64,000 nucleotides of DNA from an uncultured bacterium (GTDB taxonomy: Bacteria > Omnitrophota > Omnitrophia > Omnitrophales > Aquincolibacteriaceae), in NCBI GenBank assembly GCA_964410905.1, contig CAYPIR010000007.1, positions 11,773 to 75,772 on the forward strand, in the 5' to 3' direction. The position numbers were made by a program, and so were the translations under genes. Under the pieces are notes generated by a model that did not search any database, was not told the origin of the DNA, and saw only the letters and a list, made by a program, of their open reading frames with translations. Positions 31,252 to 42,000 of this stretch are shown one piece after another (the first letter of the stretch is position 1; each line of letters begins with the position of its first letter).

Positions 31252-32349
31252 GTGAACGCGCTAACCCCCACAAAAGTTATTTTTGTTGTAGGCCCTACCG
31301 CGTCCGGCAAATCCGCTCTTGCGATTTCTCTTGCTAAAAAACTCAACGGTGCAATTGTTTCCGCCGACTCAATGCAAATTTACAAAGGTATGGATATTGG
31401 GACGGCTAAACCCGGCAAATCCGAGCTCCGTCTTGTCCCTCATCATTGTATAGATATTGTCACGGCTTCAAAAAAATTTTCAGTCTATGAGTATAGACGG
31501 CACGCGCTGCGCGCGATAAAGCAAATTGTTAAAAATGGCAAAACGCCAATAGTCGTTGGTGGAACGGGACTTTATGTCCGCGCTCTTTTACAGGGTTTGA
31601 CGGAGCAACCGGCTGTTGATAAGGAACTTCGTTTGAAAGCTGAGAAAGATCTAGAACGGTATGGAGTCGCTTATTTATATAAAAAATTAAAGGCAATTGA
31701 CAAGTCCGCAGCGCAGGCTATTGATGATAAAAATCCTCGACGAGTTTTGCGCGCCCTTGAAATAACAGCCGCAAAAAAAAAGGGAGATTTGAGAAGTCTG
31801 AGGCATTTGCCAAGCCTTGAGGAAATGGGTTATCAAACGCAAGTTTTTGCTTTAAATCCTAGCCGCGAAACATTGTATAAAAGAATTAATAAGAGAGTTG
31901 ATTTGATGTTTAGGCGTGGTCTTTTACGCGAGGTGAAAAAACTTTCTAAACATAAATTGTCAGAAACGGCAATGCAAGCTGTTGGGTATAAAGAGATTTT
32001 GATTAAAAAACCATCCCGCGCGAAACGAGGCGGAGTTGCGGGATCTAAGGACTTGGTGGATTTTGCGACGTTAAAAAGTAACGCGCGGAATGAGGTAAAG
32101 GATGGGGGAGGCGAAGCCAATACGCACTTACGCGCCAATACATTGCGGATTGCTGTAGTCAATCGCAATGATGCCGGGCAATGTCTTCAGACAATAAAAG
32201 AGCAGATAAAGCAAAATACCCGCCGCTACGCGAAGCGGCAATGGACTTGGTTTAAGAAGGAGCGGAATGTTAAGTGGATATGGATGCCGGATGGCGCGAC
32301 TATTACGAGTGTTAGAGATTTTGTTTTAAAATTAATTTGTGGACGGTGA
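31252..32349 (+). CDS. miaA: tRNA dimethylallyltransferase. The probable GTG start at 31252 lies just after the argS stop. The ORF track begins at TTG 31219.
   Basis: P-loop VIFVVGPTASGKS followed by SADSMQIYKGMDIGTAKP. Confidence 0.8.
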   Translation: MNALTPTKVIFVVGPTASGKSALAISLAKKLNGAIVSADSMQIYKGMDIGTAKPGKSELRLVPHHCIDIVTASKKFSVYEYRRHALRAIKQIVKNGKTPIVVGGTGLYVRALLQGLTEQPAVDKELRLKAEKDLERYGVAYLYKKLKAIDKSAAQAIDDKNPRRVLRALEITAAKKKGDLRSLRHLPSLEEMGYQTQVFALNPSRETLYKRINKRVDLMFRRGLLREVKKLSKHKLSETAMQAVGYKEILIKKPSRAKRGGVAGSKDLVDFATLKSNARNEVKDGGGEANTHLRANTLRIAVVNRNDAGQCLQTIKEQIKQNTRRYAKRQWTWFKKERNVKWIWMPDGATITSVRDFVLKLICGR

Positions 32350-32401
32350 TATAATCCCGCCTCTTTTTATCATTATCGTTAACAATTGAAAGGAAATAGA
32401 A

Positions 32402-34135
32402 ATGGCAGCTCAAGTAAAAACAGCAACATTTATTCCGGAAATTTTTGAAGCAAAGTCTCAAGCGGAAATATCAAAATTGTCTGGCAAAGGCGCTCACGAG
32501 CGTTGGCTCAGAAAAGACACGACTCTTTGGACTAATGATGAAAATCATAAAAAAGTAATTTTGAATCGCTTGGGTTGGGTGAATATAGCTGAAGAAATTA
32601 AAACGCGACTTTCGGAAATTGACGCGTTGAAATCCATCATTGTTGAATCGAAAGTAACGGATCTTGTGCTTCTTGGAATGGGCGGTTCAAGTCTTGCCGC
32701 TGAAGTGTTTTCTGAAATATTGAAAGCTCCAAAGTATAAGACGAAAGACGCTAAAAAAGTTCGTTTTCATTTGCTTGATACGACAGACCCTGCCGCGATT
32801 ACGAAAGTGGAGCGTGCCACAAAAGTTCAAACCGCTTTCTATCTTGTCGGTTCAAAATCGGGTTCAACAATTGAGACTCGTTCACAATATCAATATTTTT
32901 TTGACAAGGTGAAGAAGTTCTATAAAGGCGATGAGGATAAGGCCGCTGGCCGATTTATTATCGTAACTGATTTTGATTCACCTCTTGAAACGCTCGCGAA
33001 ATCAAAACCGTTCGCGGCGCTTTTTTTAAATCCAAAAGACATTGGTGGACGTTATTCGGCTTTGTCTATGTTCGGCCTTGTTCCGGCGGCGATACTTGGC
33101 ATTGACGTGCGCAAGGTATTGGCGGACGCGAATCGGTTTCTTAAAAACATGCGTGAGGAAAAAGATTTAACGCGAAATGAAGGAATAAGACTTGGCATTC
33201 AACTTGGAACATTGGCATTGGAAGGCAAAGATAAACTAACGTTTTGGACATCGCCGGAACTAGCGTCTTTTGCCGATTGGGCGGAGCAGTTGATAGCGGA
33301 AAGCACTGGAAAAGACGGCAAGGGAATTACTCCAGTCGCGACCGAGCCTATTCTTTCTCTTGATAAATATGGAAGCGATAGAGTGTTTGTGATACTTCGG
33401 TTGAAAGGTGAAAATGAAAAAATATGGAACGCACGGATTAAGGCGCTGCGCGAAAAAGGTTTCCCCGTTTTTGATTTTGTTTGGGAGGATGGAACGAATG
33501 TAGGCGGCGAGTTTTTGCGCTGGGAAGTAGCGACATCATTCGCAAGCGTTGTCTCAAGAGTAAATCCGTTTGACGAACCGAATGTTACGGAATCTAAAAA
33601 TATTACAAAGCAGCTTTTGGAAGACATTAAGAAGAAAAAGAAACTTAGCGCGCCATCTAACTTGGTTTCTATAAAAGGTTTGAAATTTAGTTCATCAGAA
33701 CTTAAGAAAGTTGACGATTTTTTTGCTTCTCTTCCCAAAAACGGATTTGTTTCGGTTTTGGCATATATCGAACGAAATCTTGCGACTAGAAAATCGCTTA
33801 AGAATTTTCAAAAATTAATTGCTTCGTCCTTAAAAGTTCCCACGCTTTCAGGATTCGGTCCAAGATATCTTCATTCTATCGGACAGCTTTATAAAGGAGG
33901 CCCGAAACAGGGCATTTATATTGAATTTTTTGTAAAAGACGTAAAGGATCTCAAAATTGCGGGTGAGGTCTACGGATTTAGTCAATTGAAGCAAGCTCAG
34001 GCGCTTGGAGATTACAAGGCGATTACTAGTAAAGGGCTGCCGGTGCTTGCGGTTGATTTGGGAAATAATCTAACAAAAGGTTTGACCGCGTTTTATAAGA
34101 AGCTAGCGACGTATTTTTCGACGAAAAAATGGTAG
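32402..34135 (+). CDS. pgi: Glucose-6-phosphate isomerase (SIS-type PGI).
   Basis: LLGMGGSSL, YLVGSKSGSTIET and IGGRYSALS PGI signature motifs. Confidence 0.75.
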   Translation: MAAQVKTATFIPEIFEAKSQAEISKLSGKGAHERWLRKDTTLWTNDENHKKVILNRLGWVNIAEEIKTRLSEIDALKSIIVESKVTDLVLLGMGGSSLAAEVFSEILKAPKYKTKDAKKVRFHLLDTTDPAAITKVERATKVQTAFYLVGSKSGSTIETRSQYQYFFDKVKKFYKGDEDKAAGRFIIVTDFDSPLETLAKSKPFAALFLNPKDIGGRYSALSMFGLVPAAILGIDVRKVLADANRFLKNMREEKDLTRNEGIRLGIQLGTLALEGKDKLTFWTSPELASFADWAEQLIAESTGKDGKGITPVATEPILSLDKYGSDRVFVILRLKGENEKIWNARIKALREKGFPVFDFVWEDGTNVGGEFLRWEVATSFASVVSRVNPFDEPNVTESKNITKQLLEDIKKKKKLSAPSNLVSIKGLKFSSSELKKVDDFFASLPKNGFVSVLAYIERNLATRKSLKNFQKLIASSLKVPTLSGFGPRYLHSIGQLYKGGPKQGIYIEFFVKDVKDLKIAGEVYGFSQLKQAQALGDYKAITSKGLPVLAVDLGNNLTKGLTAFYKKLATYFSTKKW

Positions 34136-34318
34136 TAAAATTGCCGTTGTTTGCGCGTAATTGTGTTTGAAAGTATTTGTGAATTCCCGATAAAAATATT
34201 TTTGAATGACAACGTACGGTTCCAGTTTTTAGCGCTTGACGCGGGTTATGAAAATTGCAATTATTCGCTAAAACAAAAGTCTTTTTGGGCGTAAATATAG
34301 GTTAATTACGAGGCGTTT

Positions 34319-35146
34319 ATGAATTTAAAAACTCAAAAAATCTTGTCGCTAATATTTGTTTTGGCGATGTTTTTTCTCTCAGGTTGTTCCTCAACGCCCA
34401 AGTTCGCTGACTCTAATTATTATCCCGCGTATCAGCCGTCTTATAATTCCGCGCCAATAATTCCGGCGAAGGCTCCTTCGGCTATAACTACTATGCTTCC
34501 AGCTCCGTCCGGACCGCTGCGCGATATTTACCATGAAGTCGGACCATCTGAAACTTTGTGGAGAATATCAACAATTTATAGCGTTGATCAACAAACGATT
34601 ATGAAAGCTAATAATTTGCGAGATGCAACACAAATTAAAAGCGGAATGAAGCTTTTAATTCCTAATACTCGAGGTCCGAGACCGAATATTCCTCTCTATC
34701 CAACTACCAGGTGGACGCATATTGTAATTCACCACACGGTGACAGATGAAGGAACGGCGTACACAATAGATGGTCTCCATCATCAGCGAGGCTGGGAAAA
34801 TGGCATGGGTTATCACTTTTTAATTGATAATGGAACGCGCGGGAAAGCTTTGGGACAAATCGAGGTGGGCCCAAGATGGATAAAGCAAATGCAGGGAGCT
34901 CATGTTAAGGTCGGAGAATGGAATCAAAAATCAATTGGGATAGCTGTTGTGGGAAATTACAGCGCGACGGGATTGCCAGACAAAATGTTAGAAAGTTTAG
35001 TTTTTCTAGTTACCACTTTGAAAGGGTTTTACCATATATCTGATAAAAATATTTTAGGACACCGTGATGTTCAAGGAGCAGCAACTGAGTGTCCCGGAAA
35101 GTATTTTCCATGGAGTGAATTTAAGAGGAAAATTAAGATGTATTAG
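34319..35146 (+). CDS. Lipoprotein with a LysM domain and an N-acetylmuramoyl-L-alanine amidase (Amidase_2/PGRP) domain.
   Basis: Lipobox LSGCSS. LysM (YHEVGPSETLWRISTIYSV...MKLLIP). Amidase_2 motifs HIVIHHT, HFLID and ILGHRDV...ECPG. Confidence 0.75.
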   Translation: MNLKTQKILSLIFVLAMFFLSGCSSTPKFADSNYYPAYQPSYNSAPIIPAKAPSAITTMLPAPSGPLRDIYHEVGPSETLWRISTIYSVDQQTIMKANNLRDATQIKSGMKLLIPNTRGPRPNIPLYPTTRWTHIVIHHTVTDEGTAYTIDGLHHQRGWENGMGYHFLIDNGTRGKALGQIEVGPRWIKQMQGAHVKVGEWNQKSIGIAVVGNYSATGLPDKMLESLVFLVTTLKGFYHISDKNILGHRDVQGAATECPGKYFPWSEFKRKIKMY

Positions 35147-35267
35147 TTGTGGGGAAGGATTTTTTTTAAATAAATATATGCATTATAATCATAATTATAT
35201 TGCAATTATTATAAAATAACTATATTATTCAAATGCTCCAATAAAAAAACTAAGAAGAAGTTTTGAA

Positions 35268-35522
35268 ATGAAAACAATTTCTAATGAGGAAGTGGAGAGC
35301 AAAATTATCAGGATACGCGGTCAAAGCGTGTTTTTGGGCACTGATGTGTCAAGGTTGTATGGCGTTGAGACAAAGGCGATAAATCAAGCTGTAAAGAATA
35401 ATAGCGATAAGTTTCCTTACGGATATGTTTTTGTTCTTGCAAGCAAAGAAAAAGAAGAGGTGGTAAAAAATTTTTACCATCTTAAAAAAAGAGTGCTCGG
35501 TTATGGCAGACATATTAGGTGA
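35268..35522 (+). CDS. ORF6N-domain (KilA-N-related) protein fragment. It appears truncated after the N-domain.
   Basis: IIRIRGQSVFLGTDVSRLYGVETKAINQAVKNNSDKFPYGYVFVL matches the ORF6N consensus (..IRGQ.VMLD.DLA.LYGVETK.LNQAVKRN..RFP.DFMF.L). Only 84 aa, versus the usual >150 aa. Confidence 0.55.
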   Translation: MKTISNEEVESKIIRIRGQSVFLGTDVSRLYGVETKAINQAVKNNSDKFPYGYVFVLASKEKEEVVKNFYHLKKRVLGYGRHIR

Positions 35523-35893
35523 AAGTTTAGCTCCGTCCGAGAACGAAATGAGTTTTGAAATAAGTTTTGTAGTTATGAAGTTTAAGCATTCGATAAAACG
35601 GAAAAAAGAAATTCAGCTAAAAGTCGGAGGGAAAATGCGTTCTCGCGACAGCGAAAAAAATATGTTATTCCGCTTGATGTAAAATTCGATTTCAAAATAG
35701 TTTTTAAAAGTTTTTTATTGACTATATAAATTAATTAATTTTAAAGTTTTCATAGAGAATTTTTTTTCAAAAAAATACAAAAAATCAGCGTTGTAATTGC
35801 TAGAAAAAGATAAAATATTTTATCTTTTTGTTTATAAAGTTGTAACATATTGTATTTTAATGGCTTGCAACATTAAAAAAAATTCATCATTTA

Positions 35894-35922
35894 TTGACAA
35901 CGGCCCATATAGAAGGTATCAT
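35894..35922 (+). promoter_or_regulatory. Candidate sigma70 promoter for the giant gene: TTGACA, a 17-nt spacer, then TATCAT.
   Basis: Perfect -35 hexamer at 35894-35899 and a 5/6 -10 at 35917-35922. It sits in a 512-nt AT-rich leader. GGAGG-like RBS at 36019-36027. Confidence 0.35.
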
Positions 35923-36034
35923 TTTTAATGAGCTTAATAAGAATTTAAATTAACTTTATTTAATTAGCAATTAGCAAAGAACGAAGTAGGAAAATATATT
36001 ATGAGCAAAACATTTTTAGAGGAAGGTGACATAA

Positions 36035-39000
36035 ATGATTAACGCTCAGACAGGAAAATTGAAATCTTGGATTAGAACAATCGCATTTTTTACCGTATTT
36101 ATTTTTACATTTACAAGCGTTGTTTGGGACGGCGGAATAAATAAAGCCTACGCAGCCGCGGCCCAGCCGAGACTTGATTCTCGAGTTTCTACCACAGTTC
36201 TTACTTCCATAATCGACCGCTCTGATCTTCCCGAAACATACGGAACCATAAAAAATTCATATCGCGGAGCAGGCGACCAAGTTTTCATTCACGTTCAAGA
36301 CGCACATATCAACGAAGAGGCACAGCTTAATATCGCTAATATTCTCAAATGGTTTTCTGAAAAACACCAAATGAGGCTTGTTAACATCGAAGGCGCGGAA
36401 GGCGAACTTAACGCTAAGACGCTTACTGCTATTTCTGACAAAGCGGCAAGAAAAGATGTCTCGGGATATTTTTTGCGTGAAGGCAGAATGGCTGGAGCGG
36501 ATTATTTTGCAATCGTTGATAAGCCGGAGCTGACCCTTTACGGAGCGGAAGACAATGAGCTTTATGAAGAAAACCGTAAGGCATATGTCAACGCGCTTGA
36601 ATTTAAAGATAAAGACGAAAAAGTTTTGTCTTCTTTGCGTTCTATTATGGAGAAGGTTGGGAGATTCATTTTTTCTGACGAAGCGCGTGAACTTTATCGC
36701 CGTCGTGTCGACTTTCAAGACGGCGGAGCGCAGCTAGTTGCTTATGTTCGTTACCTTGTTAGCATTGCAGAAAAAAATCAAATGGACTTGTCCGCATACA
36801 GCGGAATGAAATCTCTTCTGCAGCTTGTAGATCTCGAAAAGAAGGTTAATTTTGACAAAGCCGAAAGCGAAGTCGATAGATTAGTTGAACATCTCAAGAA
36901 AACTTTGCAAAGCGACAAACTTTCTCGATTTCTCACCAATACCGTTCATTTCCGAATGAAGAGAATGAATCGTGCTGATTACTATTCATATCTTCAAAGC
37001 GAAATTGACGGACTTATCGATGCCGAGACTGTCAAAACGCAATATTTAAATGCCATCGCCTACATTGAATATATGAAACTTTATGATTTAATCGGCATTG
37101 CAATTTTTGATGAAATTGAATTTTTGGAGAGAACCATAAAAGCAAAAATTCTCACGACTCCCGAAGCCCAAAAATTAGACCAGCTTTATCGAGTTTGGGA
37201 CATTATGCAAAAAATGTTCGACTTTTCGCTTACAAAACAAGATGCCGAATATTTTTACTCCAACCAAACCGCGTTTTCCTCTAACAATTTTGTGGAATTT
37301 CTTACCCCGTTGATGAAGGAACATCGTTTTTCTGATTCTATACCGGCAAACGCTTCGATTTTGGATACCGATTTATCAAAGGTTGAAAAGTTTTATCAAC
37401 TCGCGCTTGAGCGTGATATCGTAATTATTGAACGCGCGATTGAAAAGACAATGAGGAGCGGGCAAAAAGTCTCCGCGATTGTAACCGGTGGATTTCACAC
37501 ACCAGGGATTGAAGCCGCGCTTAAAGAAAAAGGGTTTTCATATTTAGTTGTTACGCCAAGAATTTCCAAGTCGATTGATCAGAAAAAAGAAAGCAAACTT
37601 TATGACGAAGCGCTCCGTCAAACTCCGCTTCCTATAGAAAAAGTTTTGTCTGAAACTCTTACTTTGCAATCGGGGACGGTAAACGATCCACGGTTTCAAC
37701 TTTCAGCGAAGCATTTTCTTGATGTTCCAGAAATGGTTGATCAAGCCGCGACTTTGATGGCGGCTAAATCTATTTTGAATGCTGTGGCGGAGGGTAAGTC
37801 GCCGGCGGCTCGCCTTGAGGAATTGCGTAGAACCGCAGCCGACGCGAACTCGCCCAAATTGATGAAAATTTTAAATTCTTTCGAAGTGGGGACGATTAAC
37901 GGAAAACAAGTTCCTGTGTATCCAAACATAAACGGAACATATTTGGCATTTTTCTCTGAAACAACTAAGCCTTCCGAGGTGTCTCCTAAATATCGTTCTT
38001 CAATTCAAAATCTAAAATTGTCGGACGATAGTTTTCTCTCTATGCGTGTTGTTGCTCCCGAACAAATTTCTGGGATTAGCCGTTCCGAAACGCGCCAGTT
38101 GACTGATGGGACTTCAGCTCTGAAATTGGATGCGTTTGAAGCTGAGGGCATTAAAGTTGAAGCGGGAAAAATTGAACGGGGAGTATTTCAAAAGGAGCTT
38201 ATTGCTAAATCCGGTTATGCGGGCTATGGATTTGTTGTCCCGGATTTGACGCGGGCAAGCGACAAGGCTTTAAGAGATATTTCCGCGGCATTTTCCGATT
38301 CTAAAATAAATGACAAATTGAAAGCGGTGAGTTCTGCTTTTTCAGAAGCAGGCGTAGACCCTATTGCTGTAAGTTCTCAGGCGGTGTTGAGACTTCTTAG
38401 TGAGAATACAGCCGATGAAATTGCTCAAAAGGTCAGCCTTTTGCGTTTATTAAATCGCTCAATAACTACTTCCAATGTTGGTTATTCTGTTGAAAAATTG
38501 CAGGAACTTGCGGCTGAAGCGCAAGCCCAAAAACAAGCAGCCCAAGAAACAGCGGTTGCCGAACTCGCCAAGACTAAAGTTGAAGTGCCAACAGTAGCGG
38601 GTGGCGTTTCTGCTGAAATGATTGAACAGCGCATAAATGCGTTTCTTGGTAAATACAAAACAAGAAATGTAAATGGTAAGGAAATTGAAAACAGCGAAAA
38701 AGTTTTAAATATTATGCGCCTAGCACTTCGTGGAATTTTTGCTGACCCCAAAAACAGTGAAAATAATGCGGCTGCTAATAGTGTTTTTACGCGTTTTGAA
38801 GAACAAATTAAAGTCGCGAGAGATATAACTGAGGAAAGTCTTAATCAAGTTACTATGGGTGCTGGTAAAACAACTATTTTGCAGCTGGGTTTGCAATATC
38901 TCTACGACAAGGGATTTAAACAATCTGAGGGCAAAGGGGTAGTGCTTGTAACTGCTAATGACAAGTTGTCTGAACGCGATGCCGAAAAATCGGCAGCAAT

Positions 39001-42000
39001 GTTTGGCGGACAAGGGATAATTGTCGGTTCTGTTTCAAAAGATGAAAGCGGTAAACCAATTGGCCATATTTACGACTTAAAAACGAAAACTTTTAAGACA
39101 ACAACAGCCGAAGATGTCTATAAGAATACTGACTTTATTTTTGGTTCAATGGAGACATTTCAATTCAGAGCTATAGAAGAAAGAAAAGCGCTTAATGAAA
39201 AAGATAGAATTTTTACTTCGCGCGAGTTTGCCCATCTTCTCGATGAAGCGGACGCTCAATTGGATAATAACAATCCTGCCATTATTTCTGGCGGGATAAA
39301 AGAAGATGCTGAGGAAATAAGGGCAAGAACAATTAAAGCAAATGCTTTTGTCAAAGGAATATTCTTTTCTGGCGTAAATGACGGTTTTGTTGATGTGTCT
39401 GAAGCTAAAAACCAGTCGCGTTCTGTCAAGCTAACCGAAAAAGGCGTGGCTAAGCTGCGGGCGTCCTTCCCAAATCTATCTGAAAGTGAGTTTGATCTTT
39501 TAAAGGAATCCGTCAACACTTCTTTGACCGTATATTTTGCCTATGAAGAAGGAGTGGATTATGTTGTAAAAACGACAACGGCCGCGACCGAAGATGGTAA
39601 AGCATCTAAAAAAGTGGAAATTGTTCTTTTGTCTGAAGGACAAGAACGACCCGGAACACGATTGCAAGGCGGATTGCATTCTGCTATTGAAGCAAAACAC
39701 ATGCAGAGTGAGTCTGATGTTCAATTGGAGCATGATATAGAAGGGTCCATAACTGTGCCGGAGTATCTTTCACTTCCGCATGTAAAGGGTTGGGGAGGCG
39801 TGAGCGGAACTTATGACAAGCCGCAAATGGAAGCGAAATATGGGAAAGTTGTTAAAGAATCAGCATTAAAAAGTAAACGCGGCGAAGAAGGGGCAATATT
39901 TGCTACGGAACAAGAAAAAACGGATGCGTTTTTGGCAGACGCGCTTGCGCGGCATAGAGCCGGGCATCCAATTATCATCAAGGTTGCTGAAGGTAAGACG
40001 GCAGAAACCGCAAAACAAATCAGAGATTATTTCGCTAAAAATGGTGAAAAAGTTGATGAGGAAGCAGTTGGAATATTTGACGCGACATCAAGAACTGATT
40101 TGAAAGAGTTTGAGGCAACAGCAGGAAAAAAAGGCGCTATTTCCGTTGTAACACAGATTGGCGCGCGCGGCGTTGACGTTAAGGTTGAAAATGGCAAAAC
40201 TATAGAGGAAATGCTAGATGAAGCGATTGATAAGGTTCAAGCCGAAATAACCAGGCAAAATCTTGTTTTTACTGGATACGCGCTTTATATCGATGACAAG
40301 GAAGCGTTGGATATTCAGTTCAGAGGCCGCGTTGGACGCGCTAATGACGAAGGTCTTTTTAGAGCGTTTTGGTCAGCGGATGACCCCATTTTTAATAAGT
40401 ATAAGGAATTAGCCGGCGTTCAAGCCGTTTTAGCTGATATTAAAAATGCGTTGCGAAGCGGTAAGACACTGACTTCAGAACAAGCGTTTAAACTGATTTC
40501 TACTCTCCAAACCGCCGTTTCAGATCAAGAAATTTCTTCGTGGAAATCGAATAAATTGTTTGGAGAAGAAAAAAACGCCCGGCTAAAAGAATTCACTGCT
40601 ATTAGAGAAGCTATTTTAAAAGGCGAATTTAATTCTCCAATCGTTCAAAATATTTTCCCTGGTTTGTCTGAATTCGCGGCTAGTCTTAACGACGCGAATA
40701 AAGAAAAACTTAGAATCGGACTATTGAAATTGATGGATAAGGCGTGGAGCAAGTATGAAACCAAATCAGAAGAATCTCGCGTTGCTTTGACAAGAATTTT
40801 GCAAAGCGGCTGGCAAGGCGTTGCGGCGCAAAAAGACGCTGTGGAGAGTTTTCAAAAAGTAATGCGCGGAGTTTATCAGGGAATTGTTCTTGAACTTCAA
40901 AAGCAAATCGCTGGGATATCTGCTGAAAGCAGATCCGAAGCGGAAGAAGTAATCAGACGAATTGATTTTGCTGCTAGATGGAAGTCGTTTGGGAACAAAC
41001 TTCTTGCTTATGTGTATGGCGGAGCCGTGGTTGGTGCTGTCGCTGTAGTTATTGCCAAAGTTATGGCTTTTGTGAGCGTGACAGGAAAAATTGGCGGAGG
41101 AGCGGCCGCGTTGGCAAGTTTAACTGATACGCTTGCTCCCGTAATGAACTTGCTTCCCGGATGGGCTTGGATTGGCATCGCGCTTTTTGCGGCGATGGGG
41201 ACATTTGCTATTGCTCAAACACTGCTTAAGCGGTTTCAGCAGAGTTATCGCGGCACTAAAAACATTGCTCTTTTGCTTAGCGGGCAAGCGGTTTCTGAAG
41301 AACGCGCTTCAGCCGGGCTGTCTGTGCTTGTTCAACCTCTTACAATGATTGTTTCGATAACTCCGATTGGAGTTGTCTTAACAGGCGTAGCCGCTATTGC
41401 CGCGCCCGCCTTAGCGCCCTTGCTTTGGACTATTGCGGCTATTTCCGCGGTTGCGGCACTTGTCGCGGCAGGTTTGATTGTGGCTGTGAATTATTCTAAA
41501 CACATAAAAGATGCCGCAAGACCTACAGATACAGCCATGGGAAGAATTGGTCGCGCGTCCTTTGTCGGATTAGCTTTGATGACCGGACTAGTGACAGTTT
41601 TTAAACCGATAATTTTAACCGGCGCGGCCGCAAGTTTTACAACGATTTTTGGCGCTGTCGCGATACTCGCTGTAATAGCATTTTCTGGTTATTGGGTGAT
41701 GAAAGGTTTTGACTCTGCTTACGGAAAGGAATTTGCGGGGCTTCAACATAATATAAAATTAAATCAGATAGGCGCTGCTGTAGGCGTATCTTTGGCCATC
41801 TTCGCGGGGGCGATAGCGTTTGCTGTTGGTTCTACCGCGATAGCTTTGACTGTTTTGATGTCGCTGGGCTCCATTTTGTTTGCCGCTGTGAGTATTCTTC
41901 AAATTATTGCCGCTCCCGGAATTACTAAAAAAATAGCAGAACAAAAATCTGCGGCCAAAGGCGAACGATTCGGTAAGAGAGATGCTTTCGGAGAACTTTT

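Noticed and set aside
36170-37560. Weak resemblance of the giant protein's N-terminal ectodomain to the TraB/GumN family (FIHVQDAH... and ...AIVTGGFHTPGI).
   Set aside because: Only two short motif-like matches over ~500 aa. That is not enough to call.
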